Positions 40,551 through 49,377 of a stretch of 64,000 nt of DNA are shown one piece after another (within the stretch, counting starts at the first letter, position 1; every line of letters begins with the position of its first letter). Location of the stretch: IMG/VR virus record IMGVR_UViG_3300024283_000011, positions 5,564-69,563 of that record; one strand, written 5' to 3'. Origin of the DNA: a virus (Duplodnaviria; Caudoviricetes). The notes under the pieces were generated by a model. It worked only from the letters and a program-made list of their open reading frames with translations, made no database searches and was not told the DNA's origin. A program made the position numbers and the translations under genes.

Positions 40551-41343
40551 TCAGCGTGTTCGACAGGAAGCCGGCCGCGTTCTTGTGGCCGCCGCCGCCA
40601 TGCTTCTTGGCCAGCGCCGAGACGTCGAAGTCGCCGCGCGAGCGCAGCGAGTAGCTGAACTTGCCGTCACTGCGCTGCCACCAGCCCATCGCGAACGGTT
40701 CGCCTGCCGACAGGAAGCCGACCAATTCGGAAATGTCGACCTGGGGCGCGTTCACGATCGGCACGTCATAGCCCTCGAAGGTAATCCGCCGAGCGTTCTT
40801 TGAAACCTCGGTTACGTAGTGGCGGATCTTGTCCTCGACCACCTCGCCGAGGCGGGCGATTTCCTCAATGTCTCTGCGAGACGCCACATACCAGGCTTCG
40901 AAGTCGTAGCGGAGAGTGCCGAGATAGGCATTCACCGCCGGGCCATTGGGCAGCCTATGACGCCAGAGGTCCCGGTCTTCGACGTAGTCGACGATCCAGG
41001 GGCGCGGTCTGCCGGGAAAGAAATGATCCCATGCGAGCCCGGCCCCGCTGCGCTCCATGTCGAATGTCACGATGGCGTTCGGCGCAGAGAACGAGGCCAG
41101 CGCGGCCTCTGCGGTCTTGTGATGGTCGAGTACGACGAGCGACTTCGCAGCCGCAGCGATCGATTGCATGACGGCCAGCGGATAACTGAAGTCGACGATC
41201 ATGACGTCGCGACCAGCCACGTCCGGTGGCGGCTGCTCGAACTGGGCCGCAAAGAATTCTGCGGACGGCTGACGACGCCAAGCGCACCAGGCAGCGCAGA
41301 ATCCGTCTCGGCATGCGCCGTGATAGATGACCAGTGGCTTCAT
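40546..41343 (-). CDS. DHH/DHHA1 phosphoesterase (NrnB-like)
   Basis: IYH..C.DG, VDFS, LDHHKT, EDRDLW and GGGGHKNAAGF motifs. Confidence 0.85.
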   Translation of the reverse strand: MKPLVIYHGACRDGFCAAWCAWRRQPSAEFFAAQFEQPPPDVAGRDVMIVDFSYPLAVMQSIAAAAKSLVVLDHHKTAEAALASFSAPNAIVTFDMERSGAGLAWDHFFPGRPRPWIVDYVEDRDLWRHRLPNGPAVNAYLGTLRYDFEAWYVASRRDIEEIARLGEVVEDKIRHYVTEVSKNARRITFEGYDVPIVNAPQVDISELVGFLSAGEPFAMGWWQRSDGKFSYSLRSRGDFDVSALAKKHGGGGHKNAAGFLSNTLI

Positions 41344-41996
41344 CGCTTCTTCGGCCCGCCCAGGTCGAAGTCCATCGACACGCCGGTGTCGTCGACCGTG
41401 GTCTCCAGCGTGGGCAGGCCGGAAAGCTCGCGCTTCTCCCTCGCCTGCGCGAGTTCGTCTGACGGCGCCTCGACGATGGGCGCATGGCTGTTGTCGACGG
41501 CGGCAGAGGCGATGCCGGGAAACCGCTGCCAGTCGAGCCGCGCGTGATGGTCGGTGCTCGCCAGCGCCGCGCCGGTGTTCACCTCATAGGCCAGTGTACT
41601 GCGCGCCTGCCTCTCATGGTGCTCTATCGACCTCTGAAGCGCCTCCACCGTCGTATCCGTCGGCGAATCTATGGCGGCGGCGACGACCCGCTGCGCGGTC
41701 CGGAGACCATCGACGACACCGCGGTTCCACCAGACGGTCCGCTGGTCGCCCACGCCATCCCAAGTGCCGTCCATCTCGTCGAAGTTACCGATCGGGCAGG
41801 CGTCAGCCAGCGTGCTAGCCGGCCGCCGGTTCCAGTTGGCGATCGCCTGGTCGGGTGTCCTGTCGATCGGCCCCTGAGTTTCGCAGCACTCGCAGTAGAC
41901 CGCGAAGTCTTCGCCCCGCGCATCGATCTGCAGGTCTGCTACTCGAAGCCGCGCCGTCTCGCCGCAAAAGGGACAGTGGAGTAATTCGGCCATCAC
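41340..41996 (-). CDS. Lar-like (restriction alleviation) zinc-ribbon N-terminus plus unknown domain
   Basis: LLHCPFCG...C..C...GP.....AIANWNRR. Confidence 0.65.
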   Translation of the reverse strand: MMAELLHCPFCGETARLRVADLQIDARGEDFAVYCECCETQGPIDRTPDQAIANWNRRPASTLADACPIGNFDEMDGTWDGVGDQRTVWWNRGVVDGLRTAQRVVAAAIDSPTDTTVEALQRSIEHHERQARSTLAYEVNTGAALASTDHHARLDWQRFPGIASAAVDNSHAPIVEAPSDELAQAREKRELSGLPTLETTVDDTGVSMDFDLGGPKKR

Positions 41997-42292
41997 GTCA
42001 GTCTCCTCCTCGGGGCGCGGGGGTCAATCGGATTCGGGCTTGCCACGTCTACTACCTCGAAGGCGACTCCGGACAGGAACGTGGCTTCCCGAAACTTGGT
42101 CAAGTGTCCGATGGCCGTGAAGACCGCGCTCTTGCAAATGCGGACGGCCTCTTCTCGGTCGGCCATGCGCGCGGCCGTGATGCCAGGATCGCCATCGAGA
42201 AACGCGCAACGGGCCATCCAGCCGTCGTCATCGGTGCGCCAAACCTCGATCGTGACGGTCGGGGTAAACCGCCAGGCGACCACTACGCTCAC
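41993..42292 (-). CDS. Hypothetical protein, possible HicB-like fold
   Basis: IEVWRTDDDGWMARC...T.A.....EEAV. Confidence 0.4.
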   Translation of the reverse strand: MSVVVAWRFTPTVTIEVWRTDDDGWMARCAFLDGDPGITAARMADREEAVRICKSAVFTAIGHLTKFREATFLSGVAFEVVDVASPNPIDPRAPRRRLT

Positions 42293-42714
42293 GGCGTCGC
42301 CTTACTCCCCAGTCGCGCCTCGATCTTGGTCAATTCCGCCTCCAGTTCGGCGAGCCTCTTCCTGAGCATCTCGTCGCGCTCGACATCGCGCTTCAGTTCA
42401 TCAAGACGCCAGCGCAAGTCGGAGACATGGTGGCTCTCTTCCTCGGCTTCCTTGCGGGCCGCCTCGGCCTTTCGCAACTCGCCTGCCAGTTCCTCGCGCG
42501 CCCACTGCCGACCGCGGTTCTCTGCTTGGCGCTCGCGGTTCTCCAGCAACGGCGCAAGCTCTGGCGCCAGCGTTCGTATCTGCGCGCGCCGGCCAGCCGC
42601 GACGCCGCGTTCGTACTCGTGTTTGAGCATCGGCCGTAGCCCTTCGGTCTGGACCATCTGCAGCAGGGACTCGGTCGATTCGTCTTGCAGGGATTCAACG
42701 CCGTATCTCATCAC
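42289..42714 (-). CDS. Coiled-coil protein
   Basis: Heptad-rich, 141 aa. Confidence 0.55.
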   Translation of the reverse strand: MMRYGVESLQDESTESLLQMVQTEGLRPMLKHEYERGVAAGRRAQIRTLAPELAPLLENRERQAENRGRQWAREELAGELRKAEAARKEAEEESHHVSDLRWRLDELKRDVERDEMLRKRLAELEAELTKIEARLGSKATP

Positions 42715-42730
42715 GGTCCTTTCTCTTTGG

Positions 42731-42967
42731 TCACGACCGGCACGCGAGTTCCGCGCACGAGTAGCAAACCGCCATCTTCGTGTCGATGTATTCGGGGCCG
42801 TCGTCCTCCATGCAGTCGTCCTTGCACCAGTGGCACGGCACAGCGATGTATTGGGTCCGCTTCCCGATCTCCCCCAACCGCCACGCCACCCGCGCCCGCT
42901 TGTCCGCCGCGCGGGCAGCCCGGTCGCGGACGTAGCCGGGGAAGGGGCCGAGGATGCCTGAGGTCAT
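42731..42967 (-). CDS. Zinc-finger-like protein
   Basis: CHWC...CYSC. Confidence 0.55.
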   Translation of the reverse strand: MTSGILGPFPGYVRDRAARAADKRARVAWRLGEIGKRTQYIAVPCHWCKDDCMEDDGPEYIDTKMAVCYSCAELACRS

Positions 42968-43143
42968 GGCGTCGCCTTTCTCACGGCGTGCCGGCTGGTG
43001 ATGACCGTGTAGCCGTCCGGGAACTCGACGAGGACGCTGTTCTTTCCGCCACGCACCAGCACGCGGCAGCGCTGGCCCTTGCGCGGATTGCCGATGGGGC
43101 GGGTGCGCCAGTGCCAGATCAGAGGGAAGGCATCGACGGTCAT
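42964..43143 (-). CDS. Small SH3-like hypothetical protein
   Basis: RKGQRCRVLVRGGKNSVLVEFPDG; 59 aa. Confidence 0.55.
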   Translation of the reverse strand: MTVDAFPLIWHWRTRPIGNPRKGQRCRVLVRGGKNSVLVEFPDGYTVITSRHAVRKATP

Positions 43144-44192
43144 CGCGGGAATTCCCTCACCTGCAGCGACCCTGGAAACGTCGTGATGTCCCCGCCCTTG
43201 CGATCCTTCAGGCTGGCGCGCCACGCCCAGACCTCTCCGCTCGGCGCGAAGTCGGTCGGCTTCAGCTTCGCCGGGTCGTTCATCATGTCGGCGGGCGCGG
43301 TGCGGACCTCGCTGGTGAAGTAGGCGCCGAGCTGCTTCGTGAATACCGCGACCTTGGCCGCCCGGCACTGGTCGACGATTCGCTCCATCCACTCGCAGGC
43401 GCACGGGCGCGCGCCGGGCCCGCTCTCCCCGCCCTGCACGACCCAGTCGAGGCCCGGCATCTCGGGCGAGCCGAGGTTGGCCAGGGACTCGTCGCGCAGC
43501 GGCGTCTTCAGGAACGCGAACAGGTCGATCGGCCCCAGCAGTGGCTCCGCGCTCACCCATCGCACCGCCGCCGGCGTCTCCAGCAGCAGCGGGATCCGCT
43601 CGTCGGCGGTCGCCTGGTTCTCGGCGGAGACGCCCAGCCAGATATTGCTGACCGGCCAGGAGAGGTTGGTCACGCCGAAGATCATTTCTCCCGTCCGCAG
43701 CTCGCGCGCCTCGGTCGCGCGCTGAGCGTGTGCGAGACAGAACGCCGCCTCGCTCATTCCGCGGCCGCCGTTCTCACCGCGCGCCGATCGCGTCAGCCAT
43801 GCGAACCAGTCGCGCATCCGAGCCGCCCGTTTGGTCAGGATCAGGAAGTCGTGCGGCGGGCAGGCGGCCATCACGCCGAACGTGGCCGCGATGAACTCGT
43901 TCGACACGTCTTCGTGGAACAGGTCCGACATGCTGTTGACGAAGATGCGGCGCCCCTTCTTCCAGCGCAGCGGTTCGGCGAGGCGATCGGGGACCTCGCG
44001 CACGACGCCCGTCCAGCGCGGTCCGCCGCCCGTCATGCGAGTCAGGCCGCGATACAGGTCAGCGGTGTGCGGCATCACCGCGAGCCGATGGGCCATGCGC
44101 TGGGCGTAGCAGTTCGTACAGCCGGGCGAGACCAGCGAGCAGCCGATCACGGGGTTCCAGACGTCGGTCGCCCACTCGATGGAGGTTGGCAT
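43140..44192 (-). CDS. Gp37/Gp68 family (DUF5131) radical-SAM-like protein
   Basis: IEW.TDVWNPVIGC..VSPGC.NCYA, IFVNSMSDLFH, LTKR and WVVQGGESG motifs. Confidence 0.9.
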   Translation of the reverse strand: MPTSIEWATDVWNPVIGCSLVSPGCTNCYAQRMAHRLAVMPHTADLYRGLTRMTGGGPRWTGVVREVPDRLAEPLRWKKGRRIFVNSMSDLFHEDVSNEFIAATFGVMAACPPHDFLILTKRAARMRDWFAWLTRSARGENGGRGMSEAAFCLAHAQRATEARELRTGEMIFGVTNLSWPVSNIWLGVSAENQATADERIPLLLETPAAVRWVSAEPLLGPIDLFAFLKTPLRDESLANLGSPEMPGLDWVVQGGESGPGARPCACEWMERIVDQCRAAKVAVFTKQLGAYFTSEVRTAPADMMNDPAKLKPTDFAPSGEVWAWRASLKDRKGGDITTFPGSLQVREFPR

Positions 44193-44653
44193 CAGCCTCC
44201 CGCCTCCGCCGCCGGCAGCATGCGAACCCCGCTCTCCTCCAGCTTGATCCGCTCGTACACGGTGATGTTCTCCGTGGTGACGATGTTCGCGAGGAACGCC
44301 TGCTCGAACGTCTCGATCCCCGTCTCGACGACCTCAAGCTTGCTTTTGATTGCCAGCAGGAGGCAGCGCCAACGGCGCCGCGTCTCTTCGTCGATCGCGC
44401 GATCGAGCGCGGCCTGGTCGATGCTGTAGTTGGTCCGCGACAGCCGCAGAGCCCGCGCGCGCACTCGCTTGTTGTCCTTCGTGGGCAGCGGCAGCGAGAA
44501 CCGCACAAGGCGGTTGTTCGCGACGAAGTTGATCGCGGCGCCCGTCTCCGTCCACCCGCCGGCGAAGCGGGTCGCGCCGTACTTCGAGACGAGCGATTCG
44601 ATCTCGGCGCGCGACTTGGCAACCGAGACGGTGGTTCCTTCGGCGAAGGGCAT
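44192..44653 (-). CDS. Conserved phage hypothetical protein
   Basis: T.VSV.KSRAEIE..V.KYGA...WR.LLL.IK.KLE...FEQAFLANI. Confidence 0.7.
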   Translation of the reverse strand: MPFAEGTTVSVAKSRAEIESLVSKYGATRFAGGWTETGAAINFVANNRLVRFSLPLPTKDNKRVRARALRLSRTNYSIDQAALDRAIDEETRRRWRCLLLAIKSKLEVVETGIETFEQAFLANIVTTENITVYERIKLEESGVRMLPAAEAGG

Positions 44654-44925
44654 CAGGCCACGCCCCGACCGGCAACAAATATCCGGTGCTGTCCCCAGAC
44701 GTTCGGCCCGGTCACCTCTTTGATGTCACCCAATTCGACCAGGCGGTCGAGAAGAGCCATCGCCTTGAACGTGTCGCCATAGTTCACGTCTCGCAGGCAC
44801 TTCATTGACTCGAAGGCGCCGGCCGCTTTGATCAGCGCGAACGCGTTGTCGCGGGCCTTGAGCAAGCAGACCTGGCCCTCTTCGGTAAAGAGCCAGGGGC
44901 GCTCATTCTGGTAGGAATAGGGCAT
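44653..44925 (-). CDS. Hypothetical protein
   Basis: 90 aa from ATG 44925 with a GGAG ribosome-binding site. Confidence 0.6.
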   Translation of the reverse strand: MPYSYQNERPWLFTEEGQVCLLKARDNAFALIKAAGAFESMKCLRDVNYGDTFKAMALLDRLVELGDIKEVTGPNVWGQHRIFVAGRGVA

Positions 44926-45002
44926 GTAATCTCCAGTGACCTCCAGTGACACGCCCGCCGCCCGCGCCGGCACCATTGCCGACGGGGCGACGGGCGGAAA
45001 AC

Positions 45003-45272
45003 CTAGTACGGCACGTTCACGCCGGGGACGGGCGCCGGTTCGACGGTCGGTTCGGCCGTCGGCTTCGCGCCCTCCTTGACCGCCGCGATGCCGGCCTGGA
45101 TGAGCGCGACGAGGCTCTCAGCGTGTTCGACCGGGAAGGTTCCCGACATGGAGAAGCCCGGCGACGAGTTACTCTGAAGCAGGAGGAACACGCCCTCGTC
45201 GCCGTCGTCGATGATCGAGACCGCCTCGATTTCGCCGAGATTGATGCGCTTGTAGAGCTTGTGGTCGGACAT
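45003..45272 (-). CDS. Hypothetical protein
   Basis: 89 aa, overlaps the upstream stop region. Confidence 0.55.
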   Translation of the reverse strand: MSDHKLYKRINLGEIEAVSIIDDGDEGVFLLLQSNSSPGFSMSGTFPVEHAESLVALIQAGIAAVKEGAKPTAEPTVEPAPVPGVNVPY

Positions 45273-45274
45273 GG

Positions 45275-46219
45275 CTAGCCGTCCGATCCCGGTTCGGGCA
45301 TCTCGCCGGGACCGGGCTCGTCGCCGCGGTCTTCGTCGGCCTGCGTGGGCGCCTTACCCGGCTTGGCAGCCGCGACCTTCGCCGCGGGCGCCTCGCCCTT
45401 CTTCCCCAGCGACATCCGCTTGCCCTCCTCGGCCGCCGCAGCGGGAACCGGCGCCAGCGGCGCGGGGAACGCGTCGTCGACCGACTTGTCGCCGTTCTTC
45501 ACGGCGGTACCGAGGCCGATCAGGATCTCCAACTCGGCCAGGCCGATGTCGTCGACGTTACTCTTGGCGACCGCAGCCAGCACGCGCGGCTCGTCGGCGC
45601 CCAGCTTCGCCAGCCTGGCCATGACGTCGGCCCGCTTGGTGGGCAGTGTCTTCGCGTCACCCACCGCCACCCGCACGACCTCGCGGTAGATCGTGTCGAT
45701 GAACGCGCGCGGGATCACCCGGAAGATGGCGTTGCGCAGCGCGATCGACGACGCCGCGTTCTGCGTCATGAGGATCATGTCCTCGTTGTAGCGGCGCCCG
45801 CTCTTGCTGGTAATGCGGCGTTTGGTCTCGACGGTGGCGCGGTAGTTCTTCTCCAGGTCCCACGCCACACCCTGACTGGTCACCTCGGTGTCGCTGACGT
45901 CGACCGGCCGGGCGCCGACGTGGATGTTCCCGTAGGCACTGGCGCAGATTTCGGCCAGGCGAACCGACGGGCCGGTGATCTGCTTGCCGTCGCGGGGCAG
46001 GCTATAGATGCAGGACTCGGCCACCTCCGTCGACAGCGTGGCCAGCGTCAGCGCCTCCTGCCGGAAACGCTTGATGCTGCGCGGGTACTGGTGGGCGGCG
46101 GATAGCTGTGCCTCGACCTCGCTGCGGTTCAGCGCGGCCATGGCCATCGGCTCGGTCTTCACGAGCCGGGTGTCGTCATCGTCGAACGGATCCTTGGGTG
46201 CTAACGCGTTATTGTCCAT
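45275..46219 (-). CDS. Putative ssDNA annealing/recombination protein
   Basis: A..YPRS...YSLPR.GK.ITGPSVRLAE.....YGN; immediately downstream of an exonuclease. Confidence 0.55.
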   Translation of the reverse strand: MDNNALAPKDPFDDDDTRLVKTEPMAMAALNRSEVEAQLSAAHQYPRSIKRFRQEALTLATLSTEVAESCIYSLPRDGKQITGPSVRLAEICASAYGNIHVGARPVDVSDTEVTSQGVAWDLEKNYRATVETKRRITSKSGRRYNEDMILMTQNAASSIALRNAIFRVIPRAFIDTIYREVVRVAVGDAKTLPTKRADVMARLAKLGADEPRVLAAVAKSNVDDIGLAELEILIGLGTAVKNGDKSVDDAFPAPLAPVPAAAAEEGKRMSLGKKGEAPAAKVAAAKPGKAPTQADEDRGDEPGPGEMPEPGSDG

Positions 46220-46247
46220 CTCGGGTTTGTCCTTTCGTGGGTTGCGG

Positions 46248-47375
46248 TTACTTGGCGCGCGCGTCGCGGAGCTGGCGCTGCGGGACGGTGGTGATCGCCT
46301 CGGCCTGTTCGAGGGCGGCGGCGAGGTCACGCTTGGCGGCAGCGCCCTTGCCGCGCCCGGCCTTCGCCGCGATCGCGTCGTCCAGCTTGCTCGGGCTGAT
46401 CTTCAGGCAGCCGGCGAGTTCCTCGTCGGACAATTTCGCCTGGACGATGGGCCACGCCTTTTGCGGGTCGAGTTCCCGCTTCTGGACCTCGATGAACCGC
46501 AGCTCCGCGCCAGCGCCATCCGGCAGCGCCCCGCCGGCCGCGTCGACCCGCATCTTCACGGCCTCGGTCAGCGAGTCGATCAGCTTCCCGATCTGCTTGG
46601 CGCGACGGTGCAGGGCCACCACCTCCGAATCGGGCAGGCTGGCCAGCCCCTCGGCCATGCGGGCGGCCATGTCCTCGCCGACCAGCGCCTCGACATCGCG
46701 GCGCACGGTGGCCGTCATCGCCGGGCAGGCATGCGAGCGCGGGCACTTCCAGCAGCCGGGGCCGGGGCGGAAGACGCCGTCCCAGCTGACGACCGTCGAC
46801 AGAAAGCCGGTCTCCCAGTCGGCGAGCTGGGCGCGGGTCATGGAATACGGCTCGATCTCCCGCTCGCGCATCCAGGCGATCGACGCCGAGACCTTCTGAA
46901 CCTGCGGGAACCTGTGCAGTACCAGCGCGGCGTACGCCTTGACCTGGTTGGCGTAGTCGCGGTCGACCCGCCCGAACTTCCAGTCGATCAGGTTCGCCAC
47001 CTCCCCCGAGATCGAGATCAGGTCGACGTGGCCGGTCAGCGCGATCCCGCCGATCGTCGCCTCCAGGTCCATCTCGCCCTGTGCGTCGCGGAACGACTCG
47101 CGGATCTGGCCCCAGATCCACAGGCCGTTGAACGCGATCGGCCGCAGGTCGTCCGGGTCGACGCCGAACCGGGCGGCGATGGCGCCGAGGTCGATGCCGT
47201 CGAGGGAGCGGGCGTCCGACTCGGCGATCTGGCGCATGACCTCGTGGCCGGCGCTGCCCTCATTGGCCGGCTCGGAGATCGGGTTGATGCGCACCTCGAC
47301 GGGGCGGACCGAAGCGGGGCACTCGAAGGCCAGCGGGAGCGAGCTGGCACGGACGGTGGTGATTGAGGTCGTCAT
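46248..47375 (-). CDS. PD-(D/E)XK Cas4/AddB-like exonuclease
   Basis: N-terminal ECP, GHVDL, IDWKFG, QV..YA and C-terminal CWKCP..HAC. Confidence 0.85.
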   Translation of the reverse strand: MTTSITTVRASSLPLAFECPASVRPVEVRINPISEPANEGSAGHEVMRQIAESDARSLDGIDLGAIAARFGVDPDDLRPIAFNGLWIWGQIRESFRDAQGEMDLEATIGGIALTGHVDLISISGEVANLIDWKFGRVDRDYANQVKAYAALVLHRFPQVQKVSASIAWMREREIEPYSMTRAQLADWETGFLSTVVSWDGVFRPGPGCWKCPRSHACPAMTATVRRDVEALVGEDMAARMAEGLASLPDSEVVALHRRAKQIGKLIDSLTEAVKMRVDAAGGALPDGAGAELRFIEVQKRELDPQKAWPIVQAKLSDEELAGCLKISPSKLDDAIAAKAGRGKGAAAKRDLAAALEQAEAITTVPQRQLRDARAK

Positions 47376-47376
47376 T

Positions 47377-47431
47377 TGTAAACAAGCCTATACTTGTTTA
47401 CAGCGGCGTCAACCGAAATCGTAAACAAGCC
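47377..47431 (-). promoter_or_regulatory. Promoter TTGACG-N16-TAGGCT overlapped by three TGTAAACAAG operator boxes
   Basis: Perfect inverted repeat at 47377-47386 and 47393-47402; third box at 47421-47431. Confidence 0.75.
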
Positions 47432-47445
47432 TCGCACGCGGCGAT

Positions 47446-47916
47446 CTACTGGTCGTCGCTGATGCCGCCGGGCCAGTTCCGGTAGGACGCTTCGAATCCC
47501 GTGAGGCGTTCGATCTCGGCCACGACCTCGCGACGCATCGGCCGCAGGCCGCGCCGCGCGAGCGAAATCTGCGTAGGTGACGTGCGGATCCTGCGGCGGG
47601 CGAACTTCGCGTTTATCCGCCTGACCAGGCCCCGCACCGTCTCGTTGATGGCGTTCGTGGCCGCGATCAGTGGATCGTCTGACGCGCGGTGGGCCGACAT
47701 TTTCACGCGCTGCTCGGTCGTGTGGTTCATCGGACGCTTGTTTACAATAGCCGCCCGGCGTTCCCGTAACAAGGCTTTGGTGCGCTCGTGCTCCGCCGCA
47801 GCCTGCGCCAGCGCGGTGATCTCGGCGTCCAGGTCGGCGATCTCGCGGTCGATCTCGGCGCGGCGCGCGGTCATCCGCTCGCGCTTCGCCAGCATCGCCA
47901 TCAGCCGTCCCGACAC
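47446..47916 (-). CDS. Cro/XRE-like HTH regulator (short form may start at 47730) with coiled-coil extension
   Basis: TSPTQISLARRGLRPMR...EIERLTG; internal promoter and operator before ATG 47730. Confidence 0.6.
   Translation of the reverse strand: MSGRLMAMLAKRERMTARRAEIDREIADLDAEITALAQAAAEHERTKALLRERRAAIVNKRPMNHTTEQRVKMSAHRASDDPLIAATNAINETVRGLVRRINAKFARRRIRTSPTQISLARRGLRPMRREVVAEIERLTGFEASYRNWPGGISDDQ
47737..47774 (-). promoter_or_regulatory. Internal promoter TTGTTA-N17-TATTGT with operator boxes
   Basis: CTTGTTTACA at 47737-47746 and GTAACAAGG at 47766-47774. Confidence 0.6.
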
Positions 47917-47925
47917 GCCGCCGAT

Positions 47926-48018
47926 CTACCACGACCGCACCCACCCGATCAGCTCGATCACCTGCGCGACGACGACGGCGAGGCCCAGCGCCAGGAGGAT
48001 CCGCTCGGGCCACTTCAC
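47926..48018 (-). CDS. 30-aa membrane peptide
   Basis: MKWPERILLALGLAVVVAQVIELIGWVRSW, GTG start overlapping the upstream stop. Confidence 0.4.
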   Translation of the reverse strand: MKWPERILLALGLAVVVAQVIELIGWVRSW

Positions 48019-48431
48019 GACGGCGACCGGTGCAGGTGATTGCCGAGGATGCCGGTGCTTATGTTCCGAGCCCGGTCGAGAATTTGCTCGCGCGTCAGTT
48101 CCACCCCGTCGCGCGTCTTCAGCACCTCGATCCCGCTGGCGATGTCGGCGGTCAGGGCGCCGAGATCCACCTCCTGATTCGCGGCGGCGTGCAGGCGCGC
48201 CAGCTCGACGCAGAGCATGCCCTCGACGTCGTGGATCGCCTTGCGCACCTCCTCGGCCTCGGGGGGCGGCGGCCACGGTCCACCACCGCACTGCAGGCCC
48301 AAGTACATACCGAAATCGTGGCGAGCCATGCCGAGATAGGTCAGCGCGGCGGCGGGGAGGCTGGCGGCGAGGGAGCGGCGCGCGCTGGCCAGGTTGGTGG
48401 TCACGGTCACCAGCAGGTCGTCGCGGGTCAT
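48015..48431 (-). CDS. Hypothetical protein
   Basis: 138 aa, ATGA-coupled. Confidence 0.55.
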   Translation of the reverse strand: MTRDDLLVTVTTNLASARRSLAASLPAAALTYLGMARHDFGMYLGLQCGGGPWPPPPEAEEVRKAIHDVEGMLCVELARLHAAANQEVDLGALTADIASGIEVLKTRDGVELTREQILDRARNISTGILGNHLHRSPS

Positions 48432-48646
48432 GACCACTCCTTGGACGCCGCAAGCTCTTCCGGCGTGGCGATGCGCGCGTCGTCGAAGTCGACGTCGTTC
48501 TGCGCCGACCAGAGCACGAACCGCTCCAGGTCCTCGCCGCTGGCGGCCACGAACGTGACGACGTGCATGCGGCCGTTTCGGTGAACTGCCGTGGCCTCGA
48601 CGAAGCCGATCCCAGCGCGCTGCAATTCGACGCCGAGGATCTTCAT
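48428..48646 (-). CDS. Hypothetical protein, paralog of 48807-49022
   Basis: LQRAGIGFVEA.AVHRNGRM.VVTFVAA..EDLE.F.LW.A..DVDFDDAR.AT.EE.A..KEWS in both. Confidence 0.75.
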   Translation of the reverse strand: MKILGVELQRAGIGFVEATAVHRNGRMHVVTFVAASGEDLERFVLWSAQNDVDFDDARIATPEELAASKEWS

Positions 48647-48810
48647 CGGACGCCCGCGCGGTAGACGTGGCCCATGACGGCGGCCAGGAAGTAGCTGGCG
48701 GCGCAAATGGCGAACAGGCACCACCAGAACAGCCGGCGGATGCGGCGTTCGTCGGCGTCGCGGCGTTCCAGGCGGGCCCAGTTGCGGCGGAAGCGCTCCT
48801 CGGGGGTCAC
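48643..48810 (-). CDS. Small single-TM protein
   Basis: LFWWCLFAICAASYFLAAV. Confidence 0.55.
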   Translation of the reverse strand: MTPEERFRRNWARLERRDADERRIRRLFWWCLFAICAASYFLAAVMGHVYRAGVR

Positions 48811-49022
48811 GACCACTCCTTGGCCCGAGCAATCTCCTCCGCGGTGGCGACCCTGGCGTCGTCGAAGTCGACGTCTTCGCGCGCCGCCCACAGGGCGAAC
48901 TTCTCCAGGTCCTCCGGGGTGGCCGCGACGAAGGTCACCACGCGCATGCGCCCGTTTCGGTGGACCGCCTGCGCCTCGACGAAGCCGATTCCGGCCCGCT
49001 GGAGGGCGATCGCCAGGAGCAT
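48807..49022 (-). CDS. Hypothetical protein, paralog of 48428-48646
   Basis: 71 aa, roughly 70% identical to its partner by eye. Confidence 0.75.
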   Translation of the reverse strand: MLLAIALQRAGIGFVEAQAVHRNGRMRVVTFVAATPEDLEKFALWAAREDVDFDDARVATAEEIARAKEWS

Positions 49023-49375
49023 CACCAGCGCACCGCCCGCCGCAGGATGCCGGGCGCCATCAGCAGTAGGCGCATCTCCCGGTGGCGCAGCGTCCGATCC
49101 GGGTCGAGGCGCACGGGGTGCCAGCCGTTGAACACGTCGATCGCGATGCCGTCGAGCCAGCAGCGCCGGCACTGGATGTCGTCGGGGGCGCCGATGCCCG
49201 CGCCCTTGGCCAGCATCGTCCCGCAGGCGTTGCAGGGCCCGTCGTCATGCTTCGGGCAGAAGGCGCCCTCGACGTGCTCGACGCATTCGTCGCAGAAATA
49301 GACATCGCCGCTGGCGCGCAGGTCCTCGACCTCGGCGAGGGACATCGAAGAGCCGTCGTCGTGGCGGAAGTCCAT
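49022..49375 (-). CDS. Cys-rich hypothetical protein
   Basis: CDEC, CPKH, CNAC and CRRC. Confidence 0.55.
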   Translation of the reverse strand: MDFRHDDGSSMSLAEVEDLRASGDVYFCDECVEHVEGAFCPKHDDGPCNACGTMLAKGAGIGAPDDIQCRRCWLDGIAIDVFNGWHPVRLDPDRTLRHREMRLLLMAPGILRRAVRW

Positions 49376-49377
49376 GG

